Below are positions 10,395 to 21,244 of a stretch of 48,795 nt of DNA, one piece after another; the stretch's first letter is position 1, and every line of letters starts with the position of its first letter. Both the position numbers and the translations under genes were made by a program. A model generated the notes under the pieces. That model did no database searches. It was given only the letters and a program-made list of their open reading frames with translations, and had not been told where the DNA came from. Source of the stretch: Trichomonas gallinae (taxonomy: Eukaryota); NCBI GenBank assembly GCA_008369845.1, contig MRSU01010980.1:1-48795 (forward strand), given 5' to 3'.

Positions 10395-10767
10395 TATAAA
10401 TTTTATTTATTCTTTACCAAAATCATACATTTTTCTATCATATTTTTCAAAAAGAAAATGATATCATGCATATTATTTGTTTTTGTCAGTAATATAGAAA
10501 TATATTGGTTTTATAAATTATATAAATCTGATTTAAGTAGATAATTTCAATTAATTCATGGATAATATTTTAAAAATTTAAATCTTAACATACTATTTAA
10601 TAATGCTCATTAGAAATAGCGTAAAAACTTATAACTTATCTGATTTAATGTATCTAAATGCTTGAAAGCGAAATAATATAGTTTGGAAAAAAAAATTTAG
10701 TATAGTTATTCATGAATAGACGAGTTATGCATGTGTATATGAAACATTAAACAGTGACATAGTACAA

Positions 10768-11268
10768 TTAGAATAATATCTTTTCATAACCAACAATTCT
10801 CAATCCATTGTGAACAAAGTCACCACAATATGTGTATTTGAGCTTATCGAGAATGTGTAACATGATTGCATTATCAAAGCTAGTATAAATCTTCATACTA
10901 GCGTATTTTTTAGAGATCGCTAATTCTTCAGCCAATTTGAAGATATGTGTACCTAATCCACGTCCTTTAGCGCTACTGTGTATTCCTACTCTGTGAACAA
11001 CGCAATATTTGTCGTTTGTCAACCATTTACCATTAAATGGCCAATCGAACGGCTCATCATGGAATAATATAGCTCCATATGCTATAACAACTCCATTTTC
11101 GACGAGAACGTAGCCATATCCGTGTTCGATATCATCTTTGATTGTATCTTCGTTAGGATAACCATCCTGCCACTGCATGCTACCGTCAGCTTTACGCTGT
11201 GCTATTGCTTGCTGCATGATTTCCCAGATCCTATCTTTATCAGCTGGTGTTGCAAGGCGGAAATCCAT
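10768..11268 (-). CDS. GNAT-family acetyltransferase, bacterial type
   Basis: QWQDGYPN, VVHRVGI, acetyl-CoA motif A (AKGRGLG) and FDNAIMLHILDKLKYTYCG match a bacterial GNAT subfamily. Confidence 0.9.
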   Translation of the reverse strand: MDFRLATPADKDRIWEIMQQAIAQRKADGSMQWQDGYPNEDTIKDDIEHGYGYVLVENGVVIAYGAILFHDEPFDWPFNGKWLTNDKYCVVHRVGIHSSAKGRGLGTHIFKLAEELAISKKYASMKIYTSFDNAIMLHILDKLKYTYCGDFVHNGLRIVGYEKILF

Positions 11269-12137
11269 TATATAAAATGCTTAAATGGGTCAATCGCTTT
11301 CACAAATATTTTGGGTGATAAAATTGTAGCACAACAGTGTGGGTTGTGTTAATTCATGCGCCTTTGATTTTTTGAATTTTCACAAAAAACATATTATCGA
11401 CAGTGCAATACTACATAATATTACATAAAACATTTGTATTTCACAACCATTTCGAAAATTTTTACAATTATTTTTGCAACTATTGAAAAATTACCGATAA
11501 TATATGATTTAGTCGATTGATATTGTTTATTTATGAACAATATATCAATGACATAATAGTTAAATTAGATAGACACCATAATAACAAAAAGAAAAAAAAA
11601 TCCTACATAATCAAGAATATCTTCCGAATTTGCATTCCTAGTACTTCTAATTGTAGCCATAAAATGCTTATTGACACGCAAAATCATGATATAAATAACA
11701 TTTGAAACAAGAAGAGATGGATTGTCAAATACAACTAATTTTGAATAATTTACATGTCAGATATTTTTGGAAAGTATTTGACAGCCTGACAAAATTGCGC
11801 TAACTAAAATTATTATAAAGGTGCACAACCAGGTCTTCCCAGCGGAATCCTTCCAAAGTAAAGATATAGATAGAGTGAATTTTTGACAAATGTCGGATTT
11901 TTTGTAACTTTTAAAATTTTTATGAACGATTATTTTTTATTCAATTGCAAAAATTTAATAATGCTGTCACGCCCATAAAAAGTCGGATGGAATAACTATC
12001 AATAAGACACTCTTCCTAAGCTCTTCCATATGTCTATCTTTTGCAGCAGACATGTATGATGGCTATACTCACTAAAGCAACAATAAAAAAAAAAAAAACA
12101 TGTTTTGAGAAAAATTACCACGCGAAAATTTGACATA

Positions 12138-15100
12138 ATGGAGAGAGTCAAAGAACTTTTTTATGCGAACACTCCAGAAAAGTTCGAAGAAGCAATTTCA
12201 ATATTGAAGAATCATCCTATTACTATAGAAAATGAACCAGTAATACGCAAATTCGTAGAAGAAATGCAAAATCCAATTCCACCACCAGGAATGAGCCAAG
12301 AAGTCCTGGATATGATTCGATATGTTGTTTATGTTTACTTCTTCATGTATAGTAAGAACACTGATTTCATTTCTAGGCTCTATGTAAATTCCCCGCCTAA
12401 TTATGGGCCATTGTTTTGCCTTGTAAATCGCGAGAACTGGGTCGAATTAACAAAAGCATTTTGCGAGAGCCTAGACAACAGCAACAATTCACGCTACTAC
12501 TGTGATAGCTTGCAAGGTTACCTGCACTTCACTAAGGATACCATACGGCCGACAAATACACCAACAATCATCGAAGCTATTCTTAAATCGAATTTCAAAT
12601 CATTACCAATTAAAGCATATTATTTAATTCACAGTTTTCTTATCGCTGCACGAAATATCCCCGAAAATGCAACCACATATCAACGATTATTTGATCTAAT
12701 ATTCAAATCAAACATTTCTTATCCATTAATTCTCGTTATTAATTTCTTATCCGTTAATTCACAGCTTTTCCTGAATGATGAAAGGAAGATACCAGAAATA
12801 TTTAACGTTTTATACGATTTACGCTTTAGATATGACATTACATGCGCCAAGTATCCCGAATTTTTAAAATCTATATTTGAGCAGATGAATAAGATCAATT
12901 TTTTCAGCAGCAATCCAGAATCATTCATTAAATGGATTGCATACATTTCGAACAGACAATTAAATTCATTTTTCAAGCAAAATTCTCAAATTAAAATCTT
13001 TCCTGTAATAACAATCAATCAGATTTCCGAATCCATCGTTAAAAACCAACCAGCTGCAATCTATTACATGAACGCATTGATTTTAGCCATTTCAAATGGA
13101 ATTCGTGATTTATTACTTCAAAAAGGCTACTGTTTGAATTTTCCTGATATCGGAAACACAAATAATGGCTATATAACATACACCGAGCAACCTCACAATT
13201 TGAATCCTACATCAAAACTTGATTATGAACTTCAAACTTCTTACAACCCATTTATTATTAATATTGAAGATTCACACGATATAAACTTAACATATCCTCA
13301 AGAACTCGAGCATTCTGTTGATAAAATTAATCAGTCAATTTTTATATTATACGAATTAATTAAAAAATCGGATACTTCGCTAGAGATTATACATATTATG
13401 ATACTTTTAATGATGCATGTATTAATCGCGTCATCAAGAGCGGCTTTCCTTCTCTTAATTACAAATATTCACGAATTACGCAATAAACAAAGCATTATGC
13501 TGCGCAAGCAAGAAGATATCAAAAAGCAAATCAAGAAATTCTTCGAGGATTGCTCAAACAAAGCATATTTGCAGCTTAGATATGAAGATATCGCAACATA
13601 TCTTGTTGATGCAATCATGAAAGGAAACCATTCATACAGACTTGTTCAGGATCTCGAAATTGTATTCAATAAGAACGATCTTAGCAAAGTTATCGAAAGA
13701 ATGTTCATTATTTGTTACATGAAGATATATGCAGCTTCTAGTTACAATTCTGAGGATTACCTTCGAAGCATCGAACAAGTTTTCCTATTTATTTGTAGAC
13801 TTGCTGAAGGACTGCAAATAAAAAAAAATGAATCCTTTGGAAAAATCCTAGAATATTCCGAAAACAAGTTCATTCAGGCATTGTGCAAACTCGCACGCTC
13901 TTCGATAAATTTAGATTCCATTTATCATATAATTTTCAGATATTATAAAGCTCTTGAATTCCACGCCGACAAACAACGAGTCCCCGAGCAACAAAAGCTA
14001 CAGCAACTTGATTTTGACTTAGCTAGATCCAATTCCATGAATTCTTATGCGGGTGCAAAGTTATTATTCATTAAATCATTATCAAATCCTGATTTGAAAG
14101 AAGATATGATTATTAAAATTGCACCGGTTATTGAATCTGGCCTCAATTCCGATGATAAAGATATTGTTAAAACTGCAGCTTTAATTTTGACGAAAAACTT
14201 CCACCAAATCCAGGATTTCGAAACAAAACACAGGTTATTTGCTGCATTATTGGATTCTGTCTCAAGGCTCGACGATAAAGATGATCAAAAAATTGTTGCC
14301 AATTTCATTGCAGAGCAGGGCTTCAATTTCATGCACGAACATCCTTATCATCCGAATGAACCAAACTTGTGTATACAAGAAACGACAATTGACTTGAATT
14401 TGCTATTGAATTCTTTATGCACAATGAGAATCAATGCAGCTCTTGCACCATCCGTGAAATCATTCATTGCCAAAGCTGCAGAAGAGATTATGCTCAATTA
14501 TGACTCAGAAGAAAGTTTAATGAAATCAATTTTATCCAAATTCCACTATATTTGCACAGATTTATGCAGATTTAAGAACATGCACAACAGTGTCATGAAA
14601 CTGTATGAAGACTTGAATAGCCATTTTGCTAAAATCCTGATTAATGGGGGAAGCGATATTTATTTCTTAACATTAATTAGTTCTAGCTCAACTTTGATGT
14701 CATACATTGAACACTTCGCACTTAACCAAGCCTACAAGTTCCTGACTTTGCTAAAACAAGAGAATGTTAATCTAAATATAATTCGTAACATGATCCAGCA
14801 CATGACAACATATTATACTTCCGATGAAGCATTCTGCTTTATCAACGCATGCTCTGCAATCAAGAAAGTTTTCCCTCAGAGTTTGAATTTCCAAGATTTA
14901 ATTTTACTAACGAATGCAGTCAAAACATCTCCAAAGAAATCTAAAATTGGTATCAACATCTACGGTAAGATCATCAAAGCGACATTGGAAACAATTCCTG
15001 ATAGAGAAAGGGAACAATTTTTGAATTTCGCAATTAATGTCGAAATTCCGGAAATCATGACGCAGTGGAAACTCATCAAGAATCTTCCTTCTGCGAAAAT

Positions 15101-18100
15101 GCACATAAGGAGAGAAAAGATCGATTTAAGTCCAACTGAAGATAATTTCAGACGTCTTTACAAATTATGCTGCTGCCTCATCTGCGGATACGACAACGTC
15201 GACGATCTCAAGAGGCCCTTGTATGATGTTTTACTTTCCCTGGCACCACCTCAGAAGCAGCCAAATGGTAGGAAACCAGTATTTATTTTGTACGCGTTCT
15301 ACATGTTATATACAAGCTTCAAACTTGGTCCGTTCAAGACACTCAAAGACATCGACGAAATGTTTACGAGTTCAAAATTATATAACCAAAACAATATTGT
15401 CAACGAAGACATCGAGAAATTCAAGAGAATCTGCTCAGTGGACCCGTCCGAAGACAACAAGTATATAGACATTCTACCTAACATTCTGTCAAAATTGACG
15501 AACGATACTGACCCGAAAACAATACAAGAAGCCTTCAAGTCGAAAGTTTTCAACCGTGAAACATTCACGAGAGAGAAATTCCAGATGGCAGTCAATACAG
15601 ACGTAATGATAAGGATCGTCGAAAGAATCGCACAGCTGAATGCTGACTCGAATTTACCATACAGCATGTTGAAACACCTCGCATTAGATTTTGTGTGTTT
15701 TTACGCGAAACAATCGTGCGAAATATTATATCACAGGATTAACGCCTACGATGACTCTTGCACGAAATTGGTGGCTGTCTTCAATTACTGGATACTTAAT
15801 GCTCCGGATGAAAACTTGCTCCTCAACTATCTAGATTTCGTCAGACATAACTACGATAAATTCATAGAGCATCCGACACTTTTGTCCATTTTAGAGACCG
15901 TATCAGACGACAAGAGAATCGCGAGAATTCCGAAACTCAAAGAAGTATCAAGAGAGCTATTCAACAAATACATCAATAACTACAGGGATGGACATCCTAT
16001 GCGAATTTGTCATTCTGCAATCTGCCTGCAAATATCTGGCACCGCTTATGTCAACAGTTTCTTGGCTGAGCCAACATTCGAAGATTTAATCGAGATCTCC
16101 AGGATATATGACATGCCGATGATCAGGAACTCAGAGATTTCAGTGCTCTTTGAGTTGAACTACGACAATATACCACTGCAGAAGAGGATAGAGTTCTTGT
16201 CTAAAATTAATTCCAGCTGGGATTCAATTCCGTGGAGATCCATGATTATTCCTTTCGTCCATATTCTTAAAATGCCTCAAATACCACCGGACTTAGTTGC
16301 CGATTTAGCGAAGACAGCATCACCGCATTTGTCTTTGGATAATCAATACGCTGTACCTGCAGCTCTACTCATCACTAAATTCCTGCAGATCAAAGTCGAT
16401 GTTCCGTCAGATATATATGCAAGGCTTCTCAATTTATTGCCAGATCTTTTCAGCTCGATAGAAGACGAATTTGTTAACTATGCATTCGATATAGCTTTCA
16501 TATTGAATAAGATTGATCTCCTTCCTGATGAGATGTGGATCGAAATTTCAGCTTTGCTGATTTCCACGCATTTATCCGTTAAGCAGGCAGTGGAAGAATT
16601 ATCTTTCTTCGACAGAATCAGGAAATTCTTAAATCTCAAAACACATCTTCTTAATCCAGTCCCATTTGTCATCCACAGGGCAGTGCAGACTGCATTTTTG
16701 GACAAGTTCTGCATGAACTCAGAAGATTATAAGAGGATTTCCCCTGAAATTGATTTACTCAAAGAAATCCCAGCGCTTCAAAGATGCGTCCCATTCACAA
16801 TCATGAGTCTTTTAGCAAAAGTTGAAAACGTCAATGTCATTCTCAGACTCTCGAAAGATCTCAAACCTGGATTCAACATCACACAGAAAGAATATGAAGA
16901 TTTTATTAGAGCGAATATTAAGAGTATTTTCGATGAAATTCGTAGTCAAAAGAAGGAAAATAATGTGTTAAACATGCTAAAGAACGCTATTCAAAGATTC
17001 CAAGCACCTGCAGATCCCGCGTGCTTCGATAAATTAAAAGAATTCTTGGTTGAGGGCATCAACACTCCGATGATGATCCACGTAACAACAGTTTTATTGG
17101 TCAACAAAAAATGCAACATTGATCCGAAGTATTACAGGGCTATATTGGATATGGATAAGTCTCTGACTCAAACATACACAATATTTGATTTATCATGGCT
17201 CACCAACTTCGTCAAAGCAGCGATAAATACAGATGGACTTGTTCAGCAAATTATCGACAAATACACTGAAAAGGCACCACAGGAAAAACTAGAAGTTTTC
17301 GATGTTCTCTGCTTAATTGAGCTGTTTGATTCATCTAAACTGGACATTGAGAAACTGCCATTGATATGGAACCGCTACAAAGATTCATCACACTCGCCGG
17401 CGACTTTCTATAGCCTCGTCACGAAAGTCGCAGTAATGTATCCAGAAAACCAGACGAAGTATACTAAAATTCTCTCGGAAATCGCCGCTCAAGATCCAAA
17501 AACAGCCGAACTATTTGTCAACCAGTCAGTTCTTAACATCGCGGCGAAGACGAATGCAACAATGAGAGAAGTAATATTCCAGGAAATTGCTCGATTAACT
17601 ATGATATATAACTTGAATATTCCTGCAATCACCGTCAGCGAGTCTATCAAATTTAAATCATCAGCGAGTATGCAATTGCTTATAACATACGCAGCGCAAG
17701 CAACTCCAGACTCAAGAGTCGTCTGCCTGACAAGATGCCAGGAGTTTTGCGGTGAAACAGTCAACGCGAGAATTGAAAATCTGACAGCAAATTTGCCGCA
17801 CTTCTTCTGGTGTGACAAATATTTAGTCCTTTTGGTTATGATCGTCATGCCTCAAGAATTCCCATTCTGGAGGCAGATTGTTTCCATTGCCCCAGTTCTC
17901 GATAAATATGCTGCGATTTCAATCGCCAAATATGTCTTCGTGCAGTGCATCAATGCTGGAGCGAATTTCGCTCACGATTTGCTGAGGATTGTGTCATTGT
18001 CCGTTCAAAGCCAATTCAAGCACATGAATGTTCTGGAGTCTATCATGCAAGCGATCATAGCAACTGAGCTCGATGTTGGTGTTGACCTTGCTTTCAAGGC

Positions 18101-20411
18101 TGCGAAGAAGACTGGCGACTTCACAATTGTCCTCAGTTCATTCGAAACAGATGATCGAACTGTTCCTTCCATCAAAATGGTTATGCCGCATGAAATCAAT
18201 GATTTCGTTTTCGCTAAATACAAAGACCAATTCGACGCACTCGGCCCACAATGCACAGCAGCAGCGACTCAATATTTGCTCTCCAACTTCGAGGAATCAG
18301 CGAACTTGTTCAATTCCATCACCTGGTCCGTTGAAACAGGCAACGTTGTGCAGCTGTTTATGCAGGCTGCTGAAAGAATGACGATGCGTCCTGATGATAA
18401 CATTGTCGATTTCATGCTGAGAATTATGGGCGAGAACAATTTCACTGTCGCAGCGCTGCAGGATTTGTTCAATAAAGATGGCGAAGATCATAAACCACTT
18501 GATGAAATGAGGCGCGAAAACATACAATTCCTGCTCAACAGGAAAACAGCTCCGTCTATTCTCAACTCAGAGAGATTTGTCTTGATGCATAACATATTTA
18601 ATGAATACGAATCAAGGCTACACACAGATACAACACCACAGTGCTTCTCGCAGTTCAATTCCGCTTTCTACAATATCTACCAAGAAGTCGGCAAACTCGT
18701 CGCCCAACAACCATCAAATCAGGTAATTGAAACACCATCTAGTGACGAAAAATTAATTTCGATACCAAGAGACTGCGAAAGTTTGTTCAAGTCCATTGTC
18801 GGCGAAAATCGCTACGGCCAATTGGTTGTCACAGTCAACCAGATCAGACATGTTTTAACGCAGGATGATGAGCAAACGTTAATAAAATCACCGGAGTCTT
18901 CCAGAATATGGGGCAGTTTTTGCGCGGCAATTTTCGAGATGGGAATGGACGATGAATCTATTTTCAGACAGAGTTTGCAAGCTTATTTGTATTATCTCAA
19001 AGAGTCTCATCCACACTCGCAGACGTCGAAGAGAATTGAAGCTAAATCAAGAGTCGTCTTGTTCTTGTATGCTTGCATTGACGATTTGTCCGACAAATTC
19101 TACCAGATTTTCAGAGAACAGTTCATATCTGATAAAATATCTGTTTTAAGCAACGAGCTCGATCTATGGGAGAACCAATACGCCAAAATACAGAAGACTT
19201 CAAGAATAAATTCACCACAGTGCTTCTCGCAGTTATATGAGCACAAGCTTCACCACATCAAGGAATTGGTGACTTTCCTTTATCACGATTTCTTCGACAT
19301 TTTACAACAGCCGCCTGCATTTAAGTTCGCTCGCGCAGCAGTAAACGCCATGATAGAAGGACGTCTTGACCCTGAAACACTGACGCTGCGTGTACCAAGA
19401 TCCGAGCATGAAGAGCAGTTGTGCGAAGAGGCAAGAAACTGCTTGGCAGGAAAAGACATTAGAAAGTATCTAGAGAAATGCAAAGAATTTCTCAAGCATC
19501 TAAGTAGAGCCAATAAGAGCCTCCCTGTCGCACTGCCAGCGAGAATTCGCGGAACTGATGCAGCAGACATCAACAGACTGACAGACAACATGTACTACGA
19601 TGACGGAATGCTAATCATCCAGTACATCGATTCCAACGGCTGCAAGAAAGATCTGCTCATTCACGAAGCTCCATCTGAATACTCACAGCATGATATCACA
19701 ATATCAATTCTCCTCGGCGCGATCAACTCAATATACAACGCATGCTACGTAACAGGAATTAGAGGAATGCACGTTGGCACGAATACAACGTACGAACTTC
19801 ACTCGGATAGCGGCAACACTATCACGATGACTATTATGAACGGCAGATACACCAGATTGTCAAATGTTCTAAATATTAATGATACATCTGATGAAGCGGC
19901 CGAAGCAGCAAGAAATTATGCGATGTCGATTGCTACATCGAAGGACGATTTGATAAAGAAGAGGACATCATTCATGAGATCTTTCGCATCAATCAACGCA
20001 GTCAATGAGATGCTCGAGTTCGACCACCGCGGATTATTCATCTGCCCCGAGAATGCAACATTCTTCGCTGAAAGGAGCAGGATGCTTCTCCACACACCAG
20101 AAAACTTTGCACCGAAACTTCCTAGAACACTGACAGAATTCCTCGGTCCGTTCTCTCAGAACGTTGTCTCAATTGGAACGGCAGCAGCAGAGACTGCGCT
20201 CAGGGACTCTAGCGTGCAGATCACAGCTGTTCTAGACACAGCACTCAATGGATTATATTCGGAGATATTCAAGACGAATGGTCAAAGACTAAAGCAGTTG
20301 TTCGAGAGAAGGAGGACAATCATTGACGAGCTGCTTGCATCATCACCGCCGCTTAGAACATCAGATCCATCATCGCCAGCCGAATTTGAGTGGCTGGATA
20401 AAATTTATTAA
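12138..20411 (+). CDS. TRRAP/Tra1-like giant HEAT protein with a C-terminal pseudo-PIKK domain
   Basis: ~2757-aa helical ORF (the track starts at TTG 12105; ATG at 12138). The C-terminus has PIKK-like segments IQYIDSNG, KRTSFMRSFA and PKLPRTLTEFLGP, without recognisable DRHxxN/DFG motifs. Confidence 0.6.
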   Translation: MERVKELFYANTPEKFEEAISILKNHPITIENEPVIRKFVEEMQNPIPPPGMSQEVLDMIRYVVYVYFFMYSKNTDFISRLYVNSPPNYGPLFCLVNRENWVELTKAFCESLDNSNNSRYYCDSLQGYLHFTKDTIRPTNTPTIIEAILKSNFKSLPIKAYYLIHSFLIAARNIPENATTYQRLFDLIFKSNISYPLILVINFLSVNSQLFLNDERKIPEIFNVLYDLRFRYDITCAKYPEFLKSIFEQMNKINFFSSNPESFIKWIAYISNRQLNSFFKQNSQIKIFPVITINQISESIVKNQPAAIYYMNALILAISNGIRDLLLQKGYCLNFPDIGNTNNGYITYTEQPHNLNPTSKLDYELQTSYNPFIINIEDSHDINLTYPQELEHSVDKINQSIFILYELIKKSDTSLEIIHIMILLMMHVLIASSRAAFLLLITNIHELRNKQSIMLRKQEDIKKQIKKFFEDCSNKAYLQLRYEDIATYLVDAIMKGNHSYRLVQDLEIVFNKNDLSKVIERMFIICYMKIYAASSYNSEDYLRSIEQVFLFICRLAEGLQIKKNESFGKILEYSENKFIQALCKLARSSINLDSIYHIIFRYYKALEFHADKQRVPEQQKLQQLDFDLARSNSMNSYAGAKLLFIKSLSNPDLKEDMIIKIAPVIESGLNSDDKDIVKTAALILTKNFHQIQDFETKHRLFAALLDSVSRLDDKDDQKIVANFIAEQGFNFMHEHPYHPNEPNLCIQETTIDLNLLLNSLCTMRINAALAPSVKSFIAKAAEEIMLNYDSEESLMKSILSKFHYICTDLCRFKNMHNSVMKLYEDLNSHFAKILINGGSDIYFLTLISSSSTLMSYIEHFALNQAYKFLTLLKQENVNLNIIRNMIQHMTTYYTSDEAFCFINACSAIKKVFPQSLNFQDLILLTNAVKTSPKKSKIGINIYGKIIKATLETIPDREREQFLNFAINVEIPEIMTQWKLIKNLPSAKMHIRREKIDLSPTEDNFRRLYKLCCCLICGYDNVDDLKRPLYDVLLSLAPPQKQPNGRKPVFILYAFYMLYTSFKLGPFKTLKDIDEMFTSSKLYNQNNIVNEDIEKFKRICSVDPSEDNKYIDILPNILSKLTNDTDPKTIQEAFKSKVFNRETFTREKFQMAVNTDVMIRIVERIAQLNADSNLPYSMLKHLALDFVCFYAKQSCEILYHRINAYDDSCTKLVAVFNYWILNAPDENLLLNYLDFVRHNYDKFIEHPTLLSILETVSDDKRIARIPKLKEVSRELFNKYINNYRDGHPMRICHSAICLQISGTAYVNSFLAEPTFEDLIEISRIYDMPMIRNSEISVLFELNYDNIPLQKRIEFLSKINSSWDSIPWRSMIIPFVHILKMPQIPPDLVADLAKTASPHLSLDNQYAVPAALLITKFLQIKVDVPSDIYARLLNLLPDLFSSIEDEFVNYAFDIAFILNKIDLLPDEMWIEISALLISTHLSVKQAVEELSFFDRIRKFLNLKTHLLNPVPFVIHRAVQTAFLDKFCMNSEDYKRISPEIDLLKEIPALQRCVPFTIMSLLAKVENVNVILRLSKDLKPGFNITQKEYEDFIRANIKSIFDEIRSQKKENNVLNMLKNAIQRFQAPADPACFDKLKEFLVEGINTPMMIHVTTVLLVNKKCNIDPKYYRAILDMDKSLTQTYTIFDLSWLTNFVKAAINTDGLVQQIIDKYTEKAPQEKLEVFDVLCLIELFDSSKLDIEKLPLIWNRYKDSSHSPATFYSLVTKVAVMYPENQTKYTKILSEIAAQDPKTAELFVNQSVLNIAAKTNATMREVIFQEIARLTMIYNLNIPAITVSESIKFKSSASMQLLITYAAQATPDSRVVCLTRCQEFCGETVNARIENLTANLPHFFWCDKYLVLLVMIVMPQEFPFWRQIVSIAPVLDKYAAISIAKYVFVQCINAGANFAHDLLRIVSLSVQSQFKHMNVLESIMQAIIATELDVGVDLAFKAAKKTGDFTIVLSSFETDDRTVPSIKMVMPHEINDFVFAKYKDQFDALGPQCTAAATQYLLSNFEESANLFNSITWSVETGNVVQLFMQAAERMTMRPDDNIVDFMLRIMGENNFTVAALQDLFNKDGEDHKPLDEMRRENIQFLLNRKTAPSILNSERFVLMHNIFNEYESRLHTDTTPQCFSQFNSAFYNIYQEVGKLVAQQPSNQVIETPSSDEKLISIPRDCESLFKSIVGENRYGQLVVTVNQIRHVLTQDDEQTLIKSPESSRIWGSFCAAIFEMGMDDESIFRQSLQAYLYYLKESHPHSQTSKRIEAKSRVVLFLYACIDDLSDKFYQIFREQFISDKISVLSNELDLWENQYAKIQKTSRINSPQCFSQLYEHKLHHIKELVTFLYHDFFDILQQPPAFKFARAAVNAMIEGRLDPETLTLRVPRSEHEEQLCEEARNCLAGKDIRKYLEKCKEFLKHLSRANKSLPVALPARIRGTDAADINRLTDNMYYDDGMLIIQYIDSNGCKKDLLIHEAPSEYSQHDITISILLGAINSIYNACYVTGIRGMHVGTNTTYELHSDSGNTITMTIMNGRYTRLSNVLNINDTSDEAAEAARNYAMSIATSKDDLIKKRTSFMRSFASINAVNEMLEFDHRGLFICPENATFFAERSRMLLHTPENFAPKLPRTLTEFLGPFSQNVVSIGTAAAETALRDSSVQITAVLDTALNGLYSEIFKTNGQRLKQLFERRRTIIDELLASSPPLRTSDPSSPAEFEWLDKIY

Positions 20412-20564
20412 ATTTATTTTATTGTTTGTTTCTAAATATTATTATTTTTTCTTATTATCTTAATTATTAATTTATTTTTGTAAGTTTTAAAAATAATAAC
20501 TAAAACCTTTTAGAAAATAGAGAATAACTCAGAGAAAAATAGTTTTTATGTTTTGAAAAATATT

Positions 20565-21110
20565 TGCAAATTTATTTTGAGAAATTAAAGACAATGAACA
20601 AATATATATATTATAGTGGATGCGAATTATTTATATTTAAAACATAAGCTCATAATTGTGCTTTTTTTTATTTGCACATATATTTTGTGAATTAAACGGC
20701 ATTGAGCTCTTAATCATACTATAATAGTTGTACATGATATATATACAAAATATGAACCTTCAAAGACGTTTGAATTTTATTCAAAAAATATTTTGCGAAT
20801 TTAAAGACAAATATCTTGTAATCATGCTATAATAGAGCTAAATTAGATATATACAAAGTGTAATCCTCTAAATGCGTTTAAATTTTTATGGAAAAAAATA
20901 TTTTTCCAAATTTAGAAATAATAGACTTAGATAGATGCTATAATAAACTTAGATTGCACTTATCAAAAGTAAAGAAAGATTTTTAATGATTTTTAATTTT
21001 TATGAAAAAATATTAAGCAAAATCGATGGACAATGAATTAATAATTATGCTATATTAGGATTTATATTATGTATGGCAAAGTAATAATACCTATAACTCA
21101 TTAAATTTGC
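20565..21110 (+). repeat. Diverged tandem repeat, ~110-bp unit, ~5 copies
   Basis: Anchor AT(G/A)CTATA(A/T)TA at 20716, 20824, 20935 and 21047 (spacing 108, 111, 112), with a weaker copy near 20607. The units share ATTTT(T)AT..AAAAAATATT junctions and AGACAA-like blocks. Confidence 0.75.
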
Positions 21111-21244
21111 TGAGATTCAAGATGATTTTTAATAATTTCGATGTAAAACCATATAATATTGTATAAATAATCCAAAAAACAAATAAAAATCAAAGTTGTT
21201 ATTTTTTGCAAAAAAAATTTTTAAACGCCAAAAAAACGAAAAAA

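Noticed and set aside
20565..21110. CRISPR interpretation of the periodic array
   Set aside because: Units are diverged along their whole length, with no identical repeat plus unique spacer, no cas genes and a eukaryotic context.
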